Source: Salinivirgaceae bacterium
GTDB lineage: Bacteria; Bacteroidota; Bacteroidia; Bacteroidales; SZUA-534
Direction: 5' to 3'
DNA length: 64,000 nucleotides
NCBI GenBank assembly: GCA_017551905.1
Contig: JAFZKK010000150.1
Span: 3,592-67,591 of the forward strand
Shown here: positions 47,946 through 57,991 of the stretch, in pieces
Position numbering within the stretch: the stretch's first letter is position 1
How the letters are laid out: each line of letters begins with the position of its first letter
Position numbers and translations under genes: made by a program
The notes under the pieces: generated by a model
Seen by the model: the letters and a program-made list of their open reading frames with translations, nothing else
Database searches by the model: none
Told to the model about the DNA's origin: nothing

Positions 47946-48557
47946 ATGCAAAACAAACTGCAAGAATTGACCGACAGACTTTATGCCGAAGGGCTGTCGA
48001 AGGGGAAACAGGACGGCGAGGAGGTGCTGAAAAAAGCCAAAGCCGAAGCCGAAGATATTGTGAATCAGGCGAAAGCAGAGGCGGAGCGCATTGTGGCCGA
48101 AGCCAACCGCAAGGCCGACGAACTCAAAACCAAAACCGAAGCCGACATCCGTATGGCGGGGGCGCAGAGCATTGCCGCCGTGCGTCACGAGGTGGAGCAA
48201 CTGATTCTGGCACAGGCTGTTGACAAACAAGTGAAGAGCACACTCTCGGCCGACGATTTCCTGAAAGAAATTATTAAAGCCGTTGTGGCGGCGTTCAACC
48301 CTGCGAATGCCGACGCTACCGATTTGGAACTTATTCTGCCCGAAGCAGTTAAGGCGTCGGTGGAGCCGTTCCTGCAAGGCGAAATAAGCAAACAGTTTAA
48401 GGCCGGAATTGAGGTTAGTTACTCGAAAAAACTGAACGCCGGCTTCAAAATATCGCCGAAGGGCAGCGGCTGGCTGTTGCAATTCACCGACGACGAATTT
48501 ATCAGATTGATAAGCACTTATCTGCGTCCGGCAGCAAAAAAAATACTCTTCGGCTAA
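47946..48557 (+). CDS. ntpE: V-type ATP synthase subunit E
   Basis: A long N-terminal charged helix (LQELTDRLYAEGLSKGKQDGEEVLKKAKAEAEDIV). It is the first gene of the V-ATPase operon. Start is set at ATG 47946. Confidence 0.8.
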   Translation: MQNKLQELTDRLYAEGLSKGKQDGEEVLKKAKAEAEDIVNQAKAEAERIVAEANRKADELKTKTEADIRMAGAQSIAAVRHEVEQLILAQAVDKQVKSTLSADDFLKEIIKAVVAAFNPANADATDLELILPEAVKASVEPFLQGEISKQFKAGIEVSYSKKLNAGFKISPKGSGWLLQFTDDEFIRLISTYLRPAAKKILFG

Positions 48558-49145
48558 ATGGACAACTACATCTACATAGTGGCCGGTTTGCCCGATTTGG
48601 CAATCACGTTCGGCAGTTCGCAGTTCTCGTATGCCGACGTGCAGGCGACGGTTGTGGAGTTGCTGTCGGAGCGCGACAGGCGGCTTGTGGAGTTGTTCGA
48701 GGAGGGTTTCGACGAGGCGCGGCTGACGGTCGATTTCTACGAGCGCACGGCGCAGTGCCGCAACCGCTTCATCAGCCGATATTTCGACTTCGACGCCCGG
48801 CTGCGGAACTTGAAAGCCGAATTTGTGGCGCAGCAAATGAACGCCGACGCATCGAAATACACAGTGCAACTGCCTGACAATGAGTTCGAAGACGAGCGGC
48901 GCGTGCAAGAGATTCTGGCCAACCCCGATTTTCTGCAACGCGAGCAGCAACTCGATATGCTCAAATGGCAGAAGGCCGACGACCTTGCGCTAATGGACTA
49001 TTTCAACCTGAACACCGTGCTCGCTTTTCTGGCTAAAGCGCACATTGTCAGCCGTTGGGCGCGGCTCGACCGTGAAGCCGGCGAGGCAATGTTCCGACAA
49101 TTGCTGGGCGAGGTGCGGGGAATGTTCAAAGGCATATCGGCTTGA
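48558..49145 (+). CDS. DUF2764 protein (V-ATPase subunit C-like accessory subunit of Bacteroidetes operons)
   Basis: A 195-aa ORF located between the E and A subunit genes, the conserved position of DUF2764 in Bacteroidetes V-ATPase operons. Confidence 0.65.
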   Translation: MDNYIYIVAGLPDLAITFGSSQFSYADVQATVVELLSERDRRLVELFEEGFDEARLTVDFYERTAQCRNRFISRYFDFDARLRNLKAEFVAQQMNADASKYTVQLPDNEFEDERRVQEILANPDFLQREQQLDMLKWQKADDLALMDYFNLNTVLAFLAKAHIVSRWARLDREAGEAMFRQLLGEVRGMFKGISA

Positions 49146-49180
49146 CCGAAAATAATTGAAAAACAAGAAATTATAAGATA

Positions 49181-50929
49181 ATGAAAACGACAGGAAAAGT
49201 GACGGGAATCATCTCAAATCTGGTGACGGTTGAGGTTGACGGGCCTGTGGCTCAAAACGAAATCTGTTTTATCGACCTGAATGGCACGCAGTTAATGGCC
49301 GAAGTCATCAAGGTTGGCGGCAACACGGCGTCGGTGCAGGTTTACGAGAGCACGCGCGGCCTGAAGGCTGGCAATAAGGTTGAGTTTCAAGGATATATGC
49401 TTGAGGCGACGCTGGGGCCGGGCCTTCTGTCGAGCAATTTCGACGGCCTTCAAAATAACCTTTCGACAATGACGGGTGTGTTCCTGAAGCGTGGCGAGTA
49501 CACGCCCGCACTCGACACCGATAAGTTGTGGAGTTTCAAGCCGTTGGCCGAAGTTGGTCAGCAGGTTGTGGCCGCCGACTGGCTCGGCGAGGTGCAGGAG
49601 GGCTGGCTGCCGCACAAGATTATGGTGCCGTTCGCCTTTGAAGGCACTTACACTGTGAAAACTATCGCGAAAGCGGGCGATTATAAGATAACCGATACTG
49701 TTGCCGTGCTCACCAATGCCGACGGCGACGACGTTGACGTGACAATGGTGCAGCGGTGGCCTGTGAAGGTGGCCATTGGCAGTTATGCCGACAAGCCGCG
49801 TCCGTTCAAGATTATGGAGACGGGCGTCCGCTGCATCGACACGCTGAACCCGATTGCCGAAGGTGGCACGGGCTTTATTCCCGGACCGTTCGGCTGCGGA
49901 AAGACGGTGCTTCAGCACGCATTGGCCGAACAGGCCGACGCCGACGTCATCATTATGGCGGCTTGCGGCGAGCGCGCTAACGAGGTGGTGGAGATTTTCA
50001 CCGAATTCCCCGAACTGAAAGACAAGCACACGGGCCGCTCGCTTATGGAGCGCACAATAATCATCTGCAACACGTCGAATATGCCCGTTGCGGCGCGCGA
50101 GGCGTCGGTTTACACGGCAATGACGCTGGGCGAATACTACCGCGCAATGGGTATGAAGGTGCTGTTGCTGGCCGACTCAACGTCGCGCTGGGCGCAGGCT
50201 TTGCGCGAAATGAGCAACCGCCTGGAGGAACTTCCCGGACAGGACGGCTTCCCGGTCGATTTGTCGTCGGTGATTTCGAGTTTCTACGCCCGTGCCGGAT
50301 TTGTGCGGCTCAACAACGGTGCAACCGGCTCAATCACTTTCATCGGGACGGTATCGCCCGCGGGCGGAAACCTGAAGGAGCCTGTGACCGAATCGACAAA
50401 GAAGGCCGCGCGTTGCTTCTACGGCCTGTCGCAGAACCGCGCCGACAAGAAGCGCTATCCGGCTGTTGACCCCGTCGATTCGTACTCGAAATATCTGGAA
50501 TACCCTGAAATTGTTGAGTATTTAGACGAGAAAATCGAAAAAGGTTGGGTTGATAAAGTGGTGAAAACCAAATACATAATCCGCCGCGGAAAGGACGCCT
50601 ATGAGCAAATCAACATTTTGGGCGACGACGGCGTGCCAATCTCGTACCACGAGCAGTATTGGAAATCGGAGTTGGTGGATTTTGTCATTCTTCAGCAGGA
50701 CGCGTTCGACGATATCGACAGTTCGACACCCATTGAGCGTCAGCAGTTTATGCTCAATCTGATTCTCGAAATCTGCGACCGTCAGTTCAAATTCGACAAC
50801 TTTGAGCAGTGCAACACATACTTTAAGGAACTTATCAATATCTGCCGGCAAATGAACTATTCGGAGTTCAAATCGGAGCAGTTCAACAAATATTATGAGC
50901 AGTTAAGGAAGGAGTTAAGTTATGAGTGA
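49181..50929 (+). CDS. ntpA: V-type ATP synthase catalytic subunit A
   Basis: A 582-aa protein with the Walker A motif GPFGCGKTV and LLADSTSRWAQALREMS. Confidence 0.95.
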   Translation: MKTTGKVTGIISNLVTVEVDGPVAQNEICFIDLNGTQLMAEVIKVGGNTASVQVYESTRGLKAGNKVEFQGYMLEATLGPGLLSSNFDGLQNNLSTMTGVFLKRGEYTPALDTDKLWSFKPLAEVGQQVVAADWLGEVQEGWLPHKIMVPFAFEGTYTVKTIAKAGDYKITDTVAVLTNADGDDVDVTMVQRWPVKVAIGSYADKPRPFKIMETGVRCIDTLNPIAEGGTGFIPGPFGCGKTVLQHALAEQADADVIIMAACGERANEVVEIFTEFPELKDKHTGRSLMERTIIICNTSNMPVAAREASVYTAMTLGEYYRAMGMKVLLLADSTSRWAQALREMSNRLEELPGQDGFPVDLSSVISSFYARAGFVRLNNGATGSITFIGTVSPAGGNLKEPVTESTKKAARCFYGLSQNRADKKRYPAVDPVDSYSKYLEYPEIVEYLDEKIEKGWVDKVVKTKYIIRRGKDAYEQINILGDDGVPISYHEQYWKSELVDFVILQQDAFDDIDSSTPIERQQFMLNLILEICDRQFKFDNFEQCNTYFKELINICRQMNYSEFKSEQFNKYYEQLRKELSYE

Positions 50930-52247
50930 GAAAGCATTCCAACGCATATATACGCACCTGACGGCCATTACCAAAGCCACTGTGACGCTTGAGGCCGACG
51001 GCATTTCGACCGACGAACTGGCGCTGGTGGCCGGACGATTGGCGCAGGTTGTGAAAATCAAGGGGCGCAGCGTGACGCTGCAAGTGTTTGGCGGCACGGA
51101 GGACATCCCAACCAACGCCGAAGTGACCTTCTGGGGCGAGCCGCCCGCACTCAACGTGAGCGACGACCTTGCCGGACGGTTCTTCAACGCTTACGGCGAG
51201 CCGATTGACGGAGGTCCGGCTGTCGAGGGCGAGAAAAGGCAGATTGGCGGTCCGTCGGTGAACCCGTACAAGCGCCGTCAGCCGTCGCAACTAATCCCCA
51301 CGGGCATTGCCGGCATCGACCTGAACAACACGCTCGTCTCGGGGCAGAAGATTCCGTTCTTTGCCGACCCCGACCAACCTTACAATCAGGTTATGAGTAT
51401 GGTGGCTCTGCGCGCCGACGTTGATAAGATTATCCTTGGCGGTATGGGCCTGACCAACGACGACTATCTGTTTTTCAAGAACGAATTTGAGCGCGCCGGT
51501 GCCCTGCACAAGATTATCAGTTTTGTGAACACCACCGACCAACCGCCTGTTGAGCGGCTTCTGATTCCCGATATGGCGCTTACGGCTGCGGAGTATTTTG
51601 CTGTCGACAAGAACGAGAAAGTGCTTGTGCTTCTGACAGATATGACGCTTTACGCCGACGCCTTGAGCATTGTGAGCAACCGTATGGACCAAATTCCGTC
51701 GAAGGACTCAATGCCGGGCTCGCTCTATTCCGATTTGGCGAAAATATACGAGAAGGCAGTGCAGTTGCCGGCCGGAGGCTCAATCACCATTATCGCCGTC
51801 ACCACGCTAAACGACGGCGACATTACCCACGCAATTCCCGACAACACCGGTTATATTACTGAAGGTCAGTTGTTTTTGCGTTCCGACCCCGATTCGGGCA
51901 AGGTGATTGTGGACCCGTTCCGTTCGCTTTCGCGACTCAAACAGTTGGTGCAGAACAAGGTAACCCGCGAGGACCACAGCGCCGTAATGAACACTTCAGT
52001 GCGGCTCTACGCCGACGCGGCCAACGCCAAAACCAAACTCGAGAACGGTTTCGACCTGAACGACTACGACGTGCGCTGCCTGAACTACGCCAAAGAGTAC
52101 GCAACGCGGTTGCTGGCAATCGATGTCAACATTTCGATTGACGAGATGCTCGACACCGCTTGGGAATTGTTTGGAAAATACTTTACAAAAGCCGAAACTG
52201 GTCTGAAAGACAAACTGATAGAGAAGTATTGGAAAGAAAACAAGTAA
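50922..52247 (+). CDS. ntpB: V-type ATP synthase subunit B
   Basis: A 441-aa protein with V/A-type B-subunit sequence (LLTDMTLYADAL, PGSLYSDLAKIYE). It overlaps the end of the A gene by 8 nt. Confidence 0.93.
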   Translation: MSEKAFQRIYTHLTAITKATVTLEADGISTDELALVAGRLAQVVKIKGRSVTLQVFGGTEDIPTNAEVTFWGEPPALNVSDDLAGRFFNAYGEPIDGGPAVEGEKRQIGGPSVNPYKRRQPSQLIPTGIAGIDLNNTLVSGQKIPFFADPDQPYNQVMSMVALRADVDKIILGGMGLTNDDYLFFKNEFERAGALHKIISFVNTTDQPPVERLLIPDMALTAAEYFAVDKNEKVLVLLTDMTLYADALSIVSNRMDQIPSKDSMPGSLYSDLAKIYEKAVQLPAGGSITIIAVTTLNDGDITHAIPDNTGYITEGQLFLRSDPDSGKVIVDPFRSLSRLKQLVQNKVTREDHSAVMNTSVRLYADAANAKTKLENGFDLNDYDVRCLNYAKEYATRLLAIDVNISIDEMLDTAWELFGKYFTKAETGLKDKLIEKYWKENK

Positions 52248-52250
52248 GCA

Positions 52251-52856
52251 ATGGCCATTAAATTCCAATATAACAAGACGTCGCTCAACGAACTCAACAA
52301 GCAGTTGAAGGTCCGCACGCGCGCCCTGCCCACGCTCAAAAGCAAGGAGAGCGCCCTGCGAATGGAGGTGAAGCGGGCCAAACAGCGGTCGGACGAACTG
52401 GCGCAACGTCTTGAAAATGAACTGAAATCGTACGATTATATGGCGCAACTCTGGAACGAGTTTGAGCCGGGGCTGATATCGGTTTCCGACGTGCGCCTGC
52501 GGACCGTGAAGATTGCCGGAGTGGCCACGCCCGCACTCGACGAGGTGGTCTTCAGTGTGGCCGATATCAATCTGTTTATCAAGCCAATGTGGTATGCCGA
52601 CGGCGTGCGGATTTTGAAAAATCTGGCGCAGATTGGCATCGAATCGGAGATTTACACCGAAGTGAGCCGCATTCTTGACTACAACCGCAAAAAAACGACG
52701 CAGAAGGTGAACTTGTACGAGAAAGTGCAGATTCCGGGCTACAACGAGGCCATACGCAAGATAAAACGCTATATGGAGGACGAAGAGAACTTGTCGAAAG
52801 CGTCGCAGAAAATAGTGAAAAACAAGCACTTGGCAGAGGAGGAAGCAGCGGTATGA
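52251..52856 (+). CDS. ntpD: V-type ATP synthase subunit D
   Basis: A 201-aa coiled-coil protein with PTLKSKESALRMEV, in the expected operon position. Confidence 0.85.
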   Translation: MAIKFQYNKTSLNELNKQLKVRTRALPTLKSKESALRMEVKRAKQRSDELAQRLENELKSYDYMAQLWNEFEPGLISVSDVRLRTVKIAGVATPALDEVVFSVADINLFIKPMWYADGVRILKNLAQIGIESEIYTEVSRILDYNRKKTTQKVNLYEKVQIPGYNEAIRKIKRYMEDEENLSKASQKIVKNKHLAEEEAAV

Positions 52857-54643
52857 TTACAGAAATGACAAAATACAACTTTGTGCTTTTGAGCGGTGAT
52901 GCCGATGCTTTTCTGCGGACATTGCAAGGTGTTGGCATTGTGGATATTACGCGCTCGCAACTGCCCGTCGACGAGGAGTCGGAGGCTGCGTCGGCGCTGG
53001 CCGCGAAACTGCACCGTGCCATTGGCATTCTGAACACCGTGCCGGAGGCCGCACCGCTTAACCGCAAGCCCGACGACGCTGCCGAAGCCGTTATCAGCCT
53101 TTCGGCCGAACGCGACGCCCTGCAGCAGCAACTTGCGGAGCAGTTGGCTGATGTTGATGAACTTAAGCCTTGGGGCGATTATAACCCCGAAGATATTGCC
53201 AAACTTGAGGCCAACGGCTTGAAAATGCGCTTCTACAAGGTGCGGAAAGCCGATTTTCAAGAGTCGTGGAGCACCGATTACGCTTTGAGCGAGGTCTCGA
53301 CTGACGATACATATATCTATTTTGTAACGGTTTCAGACTCTGACGATTACAACTTCCCCGTCAAGGAGTTGCCGCGTCCGCGCCGCACATATGCTGAAGC
53401 GCAGGCCGAAATTGACGCTCTGCGTGGCCGCATTGCCGACTGCGACAGTCAAATGGCTGGTTTGAAGAGTCTTACTGATGAGTTGCAGCGCCAACTCGAC
53501 AGCACCCGAATTGCACTCGACCGTTGTCTGGCAAACGCTTCGGCGGAACGCACGGCGGAGAACTATCTGACTGTTTTTGAGGGTTTTGTGCCGAAAGAGA
53601 ACGAGGCTGAACTGAAGCCTGTGCTCGACGCCGCCAACGTTTATTACATTGCCGAAAGCGCAAAAGAGGCCGACAATCCGCCTATCAAGTTGAAAAACAA
53701 TCGGTTTGTGTCAATGTTCGAGTTGCTGACCGATATGTACGGCCGCCCAAAATATTCGGAGTTCGACCCAACTGTCTGGATTTCAATCTTCTTTATGCTG
53801 TTCTTCGCCTTCTGTATGGGTGACGCTGGTTACGGCTTGATACTCATTGCGTTAGGCTTTGGCTTGAAACCGAAAATGCCGAAAATCGCGCCGCTTGTGG
53901 TGACGCTCGGCGTGGCAACAACAGTCATCGGGTTGCTGTTCCACACCTTCTTCTCGACCGATATGCTCGGTTGGAACTGCATCCCCGACGGTGTGAAGCG
54001 GCTAATGCTGCCGCAACAGATTGCCGGCTACGACGGAACAATGATTTTGGCCATCGGCATCGGCGTTGTGCACTTGTGCTTGGCAATGATTATAAAAACT
54101 TGGCAGTCAACGCGAAACAGCGGTTTTGCAGGCTCGCTCGGCACTTGGGGCTGGACGTTGCTCATTGTGGGCGGCGTTGTGGTTGGCGGAATGGCGCTTG
54201 CTGGCGTGATTGACTCTGCCGCCGCACGGCTGACAATCATTGTGCTGGGCGTGATTTCGGCCTTGGGAATCTTCTTCCTGAACGACCTGCACCGCAATCC
54301 GCTGGCGAACTTCGGCGTAGGCCTGTGGAACACCTACAACACGGCTACTGGCCTTCTGGGCGATGTGTTGAGTTATCTGCGCCTTTACGCGCTCGGCTTG
54401 GCCGGTGCCAAACTGGGCGAGGCCTTCAACGCCATTGGCACACAGGCTCTTGGCGACGGCGGCATTGGCTGGTTCTTCTTCATTCTGATAGTGATTGTGG
54501 GGCATACGCTGAACCTGGCAATGTGCGTTTTGGGCGCGTTTGTGCACCCGCTTCGTCTTAATTTTCTTGAATTTTTCAAAAATTCCGGCTACGAGGGAAC
54601 CGGACGCAAGTATAATCCCCTTACAGAGAACATTAACAATTAA
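52853..54643 (+). CDS. ntpI: V-type ATP synthase subunit I (a-subunit, membrane stator)
   Basis: A 596-aa protein with a soluble N-terminal half and a polytopic C-terminal half containing the LSYLRLYALGLA (essential Arg) motif. Confidence 0.9.
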   Translation: MITEMTKYNFVLLSGDADAFLRTLQGVGIVDITRSQLPVDEESEAASALAAKLHRAIGILNTVPEAAPLNRKPDDAAEAVISLSAERDALQQQLAEQLADVDELKPWGDYNPEDIAKLEANGLKMRFYKVRKADFQESWSTDYALSEVSTDDTYIYFVTVSDSDDYNFPVKELPRPRRTYAEAQAEIDALRGRIADCDSQMAGLKSLTDELQRQLDSTRIALDRCLANASAERTAENYLTVFEGFVPKENEAELKPVLDAANVYYIAESAKEADNPPIKLKNNRFVSMFELLTDMYGRPKYSEFDPTVWISIFFMLFFAFCMGDAGYGLILIALGFGLKPKMPKIAPLVVTLGVATTVIGLLFHTFFSTDMLGWNCIPDGVKRLMLPQQIAGYDGTMILAIGIGVVHLCLAMIIKTWQSTRNSGFAGSLGTWGWTLLIVGGVVVGGMALAGVIDSAAARLTIIVLGVISALGIFFLNDLHRNPLANFGVGLWNTYNTATGLLGDVLSYLRLYALGLAGAKLGEAFNAIGTQALGDGGIGWFFFILIVIVGHTLNLAMCVLGAFVHPLRLNFLEFFKNSGYEGTGRKYNPLTENINN

Positions 54644-55177
<534 letters not shown>

Positions 55178-55230
55178 CCCGCTATTTTTCGCCGAAAAGA
55201 ATCGTTTTTGGGTTGCCGCGATTGTTAATT

Positions 55231-56514
55231 TCAATCCTTCAAGCACCCAATGGGCACAACAAGAACGCCGTCGTCGCGCAGATATGGGAAATCGCCCACG
55301 CCCGTCAGAATCATCATAAACGAAGGCGATTTCATTCGGGTGGTATCAATGTCGGCGGCCAAAGATGTGAGTGCTTTTGCGCCCTCGTCAATCAGATTGT
55401 CGCCGCCTAATTTTATCTCGATAAGCCCGTAAGAGCCGTTCCGCAGATGGACGACAGCGTCGCATTCCAAACCTTTTTTGTCGCGGTAGTGGTACACCTG
55501 CCCGTCCAAAGCATCGGCATACACCCTGAGGTCGCGAACGGCCAGCGTTTCAAACATCAACCCCATAGTTTCCAAATCGTTCAGTAAATCATCGGGGCTT
55601 GCGCCCAAAGCGGCCACCGCTATGCTCGGGTCGATAAAATAATGGTTGTCGCTCGTGCGGATTGCCGTCTTGCTTCTAAGGTTCGGATTCCAAGCGGGCA
55701 TATCTTCAACCACAAAGATTTTTTTGAGTGCCTTGATGTAATCGTAAACCGTATTATCCGACAAACTACTTGATTCATTGCTTTTTAAGTCTTCAAGAAT
55801 AGTGCCGATAGTGGCCATTGTCCCCTGATGGCGGGCATACGAGCGCAGCAACAGACGCACACGCTGCGGGTCGCGTTGGACATTATCGACGCGGGATATG
55901 TCGCTGTCACACACAACGTCGTAATAATCAAAGGCTTGGGCAAGTGCGTCGATTTCGTTCAAATCCAATGCACCTGGCCAGCCGCCACGGCATATCAAAT
56001 AGGCCAAGCGGTTAATATCAATGTGGCTGCTACCCGAAACAGCCTCTTTCTCAGCACTAAACAACTCAGCAAGGCTTACCGTGCCAGTGGAATCGCCCGA
56101 CTCGAACAGCGACATTGTGCGCATTTTCAGTTTGGCGAAACGGCCTGTGCCTGAGTGAAATATCTCGTCGGCCGACGGCGGCACACTGCTTCCAGTGAGG
56201 ATGAAATGCCCCCACCCGCCTCGGTGGTCAACTTCAAACCTAACGCTGTCCCAAAGCGACGGCGCAATCTGCCATTCGTCGATAAGACGGGGTGTTTTGC
56301 CCGTAAGTAATTGTTGCACATTGATTTTAGCGGCTTGAATGTTTTGCTGCTTGCGCATTGGGTCGGCCATATACAGAATGCTTGCCGCCTGTTGCTCGGC
56401 GGTGGTGGTTTTTCCGCACCACTTGGGGCCTTCCACCAAAACCACCCCTTTTCTTCTTAATCTTGCAGCCAACATTCGGTCGGCAATCCGCTCTCTGTAA
56501 GCACTCATAGCCAA
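55231..56514 (-). CDS. AAA+ ATPase with C-terminal DUF4143 domain (COG1373-type; PD-(D/E)xK-like motif)
   Basis: A 427-aa protein with Walker A GPKWCGKTT and Walker B-like FILTGSS. The C-terminal segment ECDAVVHLRNGSYGLIEIKLGG has a D...E-x-K pattern. Confidence 0.8.
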   Translation of the reverse strand: MAMSAYRERIADRMLAARLRRKGVVLVEGPKWCGKTTTAEQQAASILYMADPMRKQQNIQAAKINVQQLLTGKTPRLIDEWQIAPSLWDSVRFEVDHRGGWGHFILTGSSVPPSADEIFHSGTGRFAKLKMRTMSLFESGDSTGTVSLAELFSAEKEAVSGSSHIDINRLAYLICRGGWPGALDLNEIDALAQAFDYYDVVCDSDISRVDNVQRDPQRVRLLLRSYARHQGTMATIGTILEDLKSNESSSLSDNTVYDYIKALKKIFVVEDMPAWNPNLRSKTAIRTSDNHYFIDPSIAVAALGASPDDLLNDLETMGLMFETLAVRDLRVYADALDGQVYHYRDKKGLECDAVVHLRNGSYGLIEIKLGGDNLIDEGAKALTSLAADIDTTRMKSPSFMMILTGVGDFPYLRDDGVLVVPIGCLKD

Positions 56515-56531
56515 TGTTTTTTAATCCACCG

Positions 56532-56539
56532 CAAACGTA
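56532..56539 (-). promoter_or_regulatory. candidate -7 promoter box (TAcgTTTG) of the ATPase gene
   Basis: The reverse strand reads TACGTTTG 17 nt upstream of ATG 56514. Two ATTTGCAT repeats lie just upstream. Confidence 0.35.
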
Positions 56540-56577
56540 ATGCAAATCAGTCGATTATGCAAATTTTTCCATACCTA

Positions 56578-56646
56578 TTTGGGAACTTGGCGGGTTTTTG
56601 TTTGGGAACTTGGCACGTTTTTGTTTGGGAACCTGGCAAAAAACGC
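56578..56646. repeat. 3 x 23-bp tandem direct repeat
   Basis: The units are TTTGGGAACTTGGCGGGTTTTTG, TTTGGGAACTTGGCACGTTTTTG and TTTGGGAACCTGGCAAAAAACGC. They lie 64-132 nt upstream of the ATPase start codon. Confidence 0.9.
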
Positions 56647-56723
56647 ACTTGTCTTTCCTGCTCAAACAATGACCGCGCGCGGCAGACGACTCATTGATTG
56701 CCAATTTGAAACCAAACACCAGT

Positions 56724-56824
56724 TGTGATTCGGGGCGAAAATTCGCTTACAAAAATTTCAAAAGCGGGCAGCGCTGATTTTACTCAGTTCTGTCCGCTTT
56801 TGTGATATAGGTTAGTGTTTGTTT
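56724..56824 (+). repeat. direct repeat copy 2 (relic ntpK end + terminator)
   Basis: Matches 55080..55177 (identical core 56747..56802). It retains the GTGTGA relic of the ntpK stop although no ntpK precedes it. Confidence 0.9.
56760..56801. terminator. second copy of the hairpin terminator, serving the convergent beta-propeller gene
   Basis: The same stem-loop as 55117..55158. It lies 43 nt beyond the stop of the minus-strand gene ending at 56844. Confidence 0.55.
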
Positions 56825-56843
56825 TTAAGCGTAACCCAAAAAC

Positions 56844-57956
56844 TCATTTCTTGAATTTGCAACGATACAAGCAATACTTCTCGCTCTCGTCCATTGCATT
56901 GACAAATAGTGTTTTAGACTTCTCGTTATAGGAAACACCTGATATGAAACATATTCTGCTTTTACATTTAAACCGACGGACAAGATTCATATCATTGTCG
57001 AAACACCATATCTCCTGGTTTTTGAGTCGGGCCTTGGTGAAATCGGCAGTCTCTATCCATTGGACTCCTCCTTTTTTTATGAATTCATCCCTTGAGATGT
57101 GTCCTCTTCCATTATGGGCAAAAATGTAATTGTCTGTTTGGCAGGCATATCCGAAAAAACTATCGAAATCTTTCATCAAGAAATTTTTATTTTCTTCGCG
57201 AAATTCGTTGTCCTTGAACTTGTCGTCGCGATACATTTTTATAAGGTTGAAATCCTTGTCATAAATGGTTATGATTGGGAAATTATGCCAAAATACTATG
57301 TATTTCGAGTTGCTATAGGCGATTGACCTACCCGTTAAATTTGCAGGGAAGTTTTTATTATTCTGTTTGTAGTCGGCAAGAGGTTTGCCTGTTCGCGCAT
57401 CGTACTGTATGAATTCGGGTACTCCTTCCACACCATACTCACCACCCACGTACATTGTATTTGCCATTGTGATTGTGTTTTCATCAACAAAAACACAGGA
57501 ATTCGTAGTTGGCAATCGGGTAATGGCAGGTTTATATGCATATTTTTCGGTAAGGACAGAATCGACGTTCAATCGTGCTATAATGCGCGCGAAACCGTCT
57601 CCCACAATAAGAGTGTTTTGGTACATACGGCCCCCTCCCTTACTTATTCTATCTGACCAAGTACCATCTAAGAAAAAGCCTGCTATCTCTTTTTTGGTGT
57701 TCAGATTGTAGAACGTTACAACAAACGGCAGCGGGTGCTGGTTGTTGATTATAATCACAACGCTGTCGTTATAGACAAAATACTGGGCATCGGCATATTT
57801 TTCGGGTAAATTTATCTTTTCCAACGTGAAATACTCAACCGAAGGCATATTTTGGTCATTCAGTCTGACAATGTTGTCTGTTGTTGGATACGGCTGTGCA
57901 ATTGCAGCCAAACTGCTGACTGCCACTGCAACCATAATTGTGATTATCTTTTTCAT
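56844..57956 (-). CDS. exported 6-bladed beta-propeller-like protein (BF3164/TolB-like family resemblance)
   Basis: Signal peptide MKKIITIMVAVAVSSLAAIAQ, length 370 aa. Motifs such as EIWCFDNDMNLVRRFKC resemble Bacteroides 6-bladed propeller families. The coding sequence is AT-rich. Confidence 0.5.
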   Translation of the reverse strand: MKKIITIMVAVAVSSLAAIAQPYPTTDNIVRLNDQNMPSVEYFTLEKINLPEKYADAQYFVYNDSVVIIINNQHPLPFVVTFYNLNTKKEIAGFFLDGTWSDRISKGGGRMYQNTLIVGDGFARIIARLNVDSVLTEKYAYKPAITRLPTTNSCVFVDENTITMANTMYVGGEYGVEGVPEFIQYDARTGKPLADYKQNNKNFPANLTGRSIAYSNSKYIVFWHNFPIITIYDKDFNLIKMYRDDKFKDNEFREENKNFLMKDFDSFFGYACQTDNYIFAHNGRGHISRDEFIKKGGVQWIETADFTKARLKNQEIWCFDNDMNLVRRFKCKSRICFISGVSYNEKSKTLFVNAMDESEKYCLYRCKFKK

Positions 57957-57991
57957 CCCTTTATTTAGAATAGGATTGTGATTACTATCGG

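Noticed and set aside
56578-56646. The tandem repeats as a mini CRISPR array or as sigma-54 promoters (TGGCAC)
   Set aside because: The repeats abut each other with no spacers and there are only three copies, so this is not a CRISPR array. TGGCACG is followed by TTTTTGTTT, not the TTGC -12 element at the correct spacing, and no plus-strand gene lies downstream.
56540-56728. 62-aa plus-strand ORF covering the 23-bp tandem repeats
   Set aside because: Its sequence (…YLGTWRVFVWELGTFLFGNLAKN…) is simply the repeat translated. It has no plausible promoter or RBS context and runs into the duplicated terminator.
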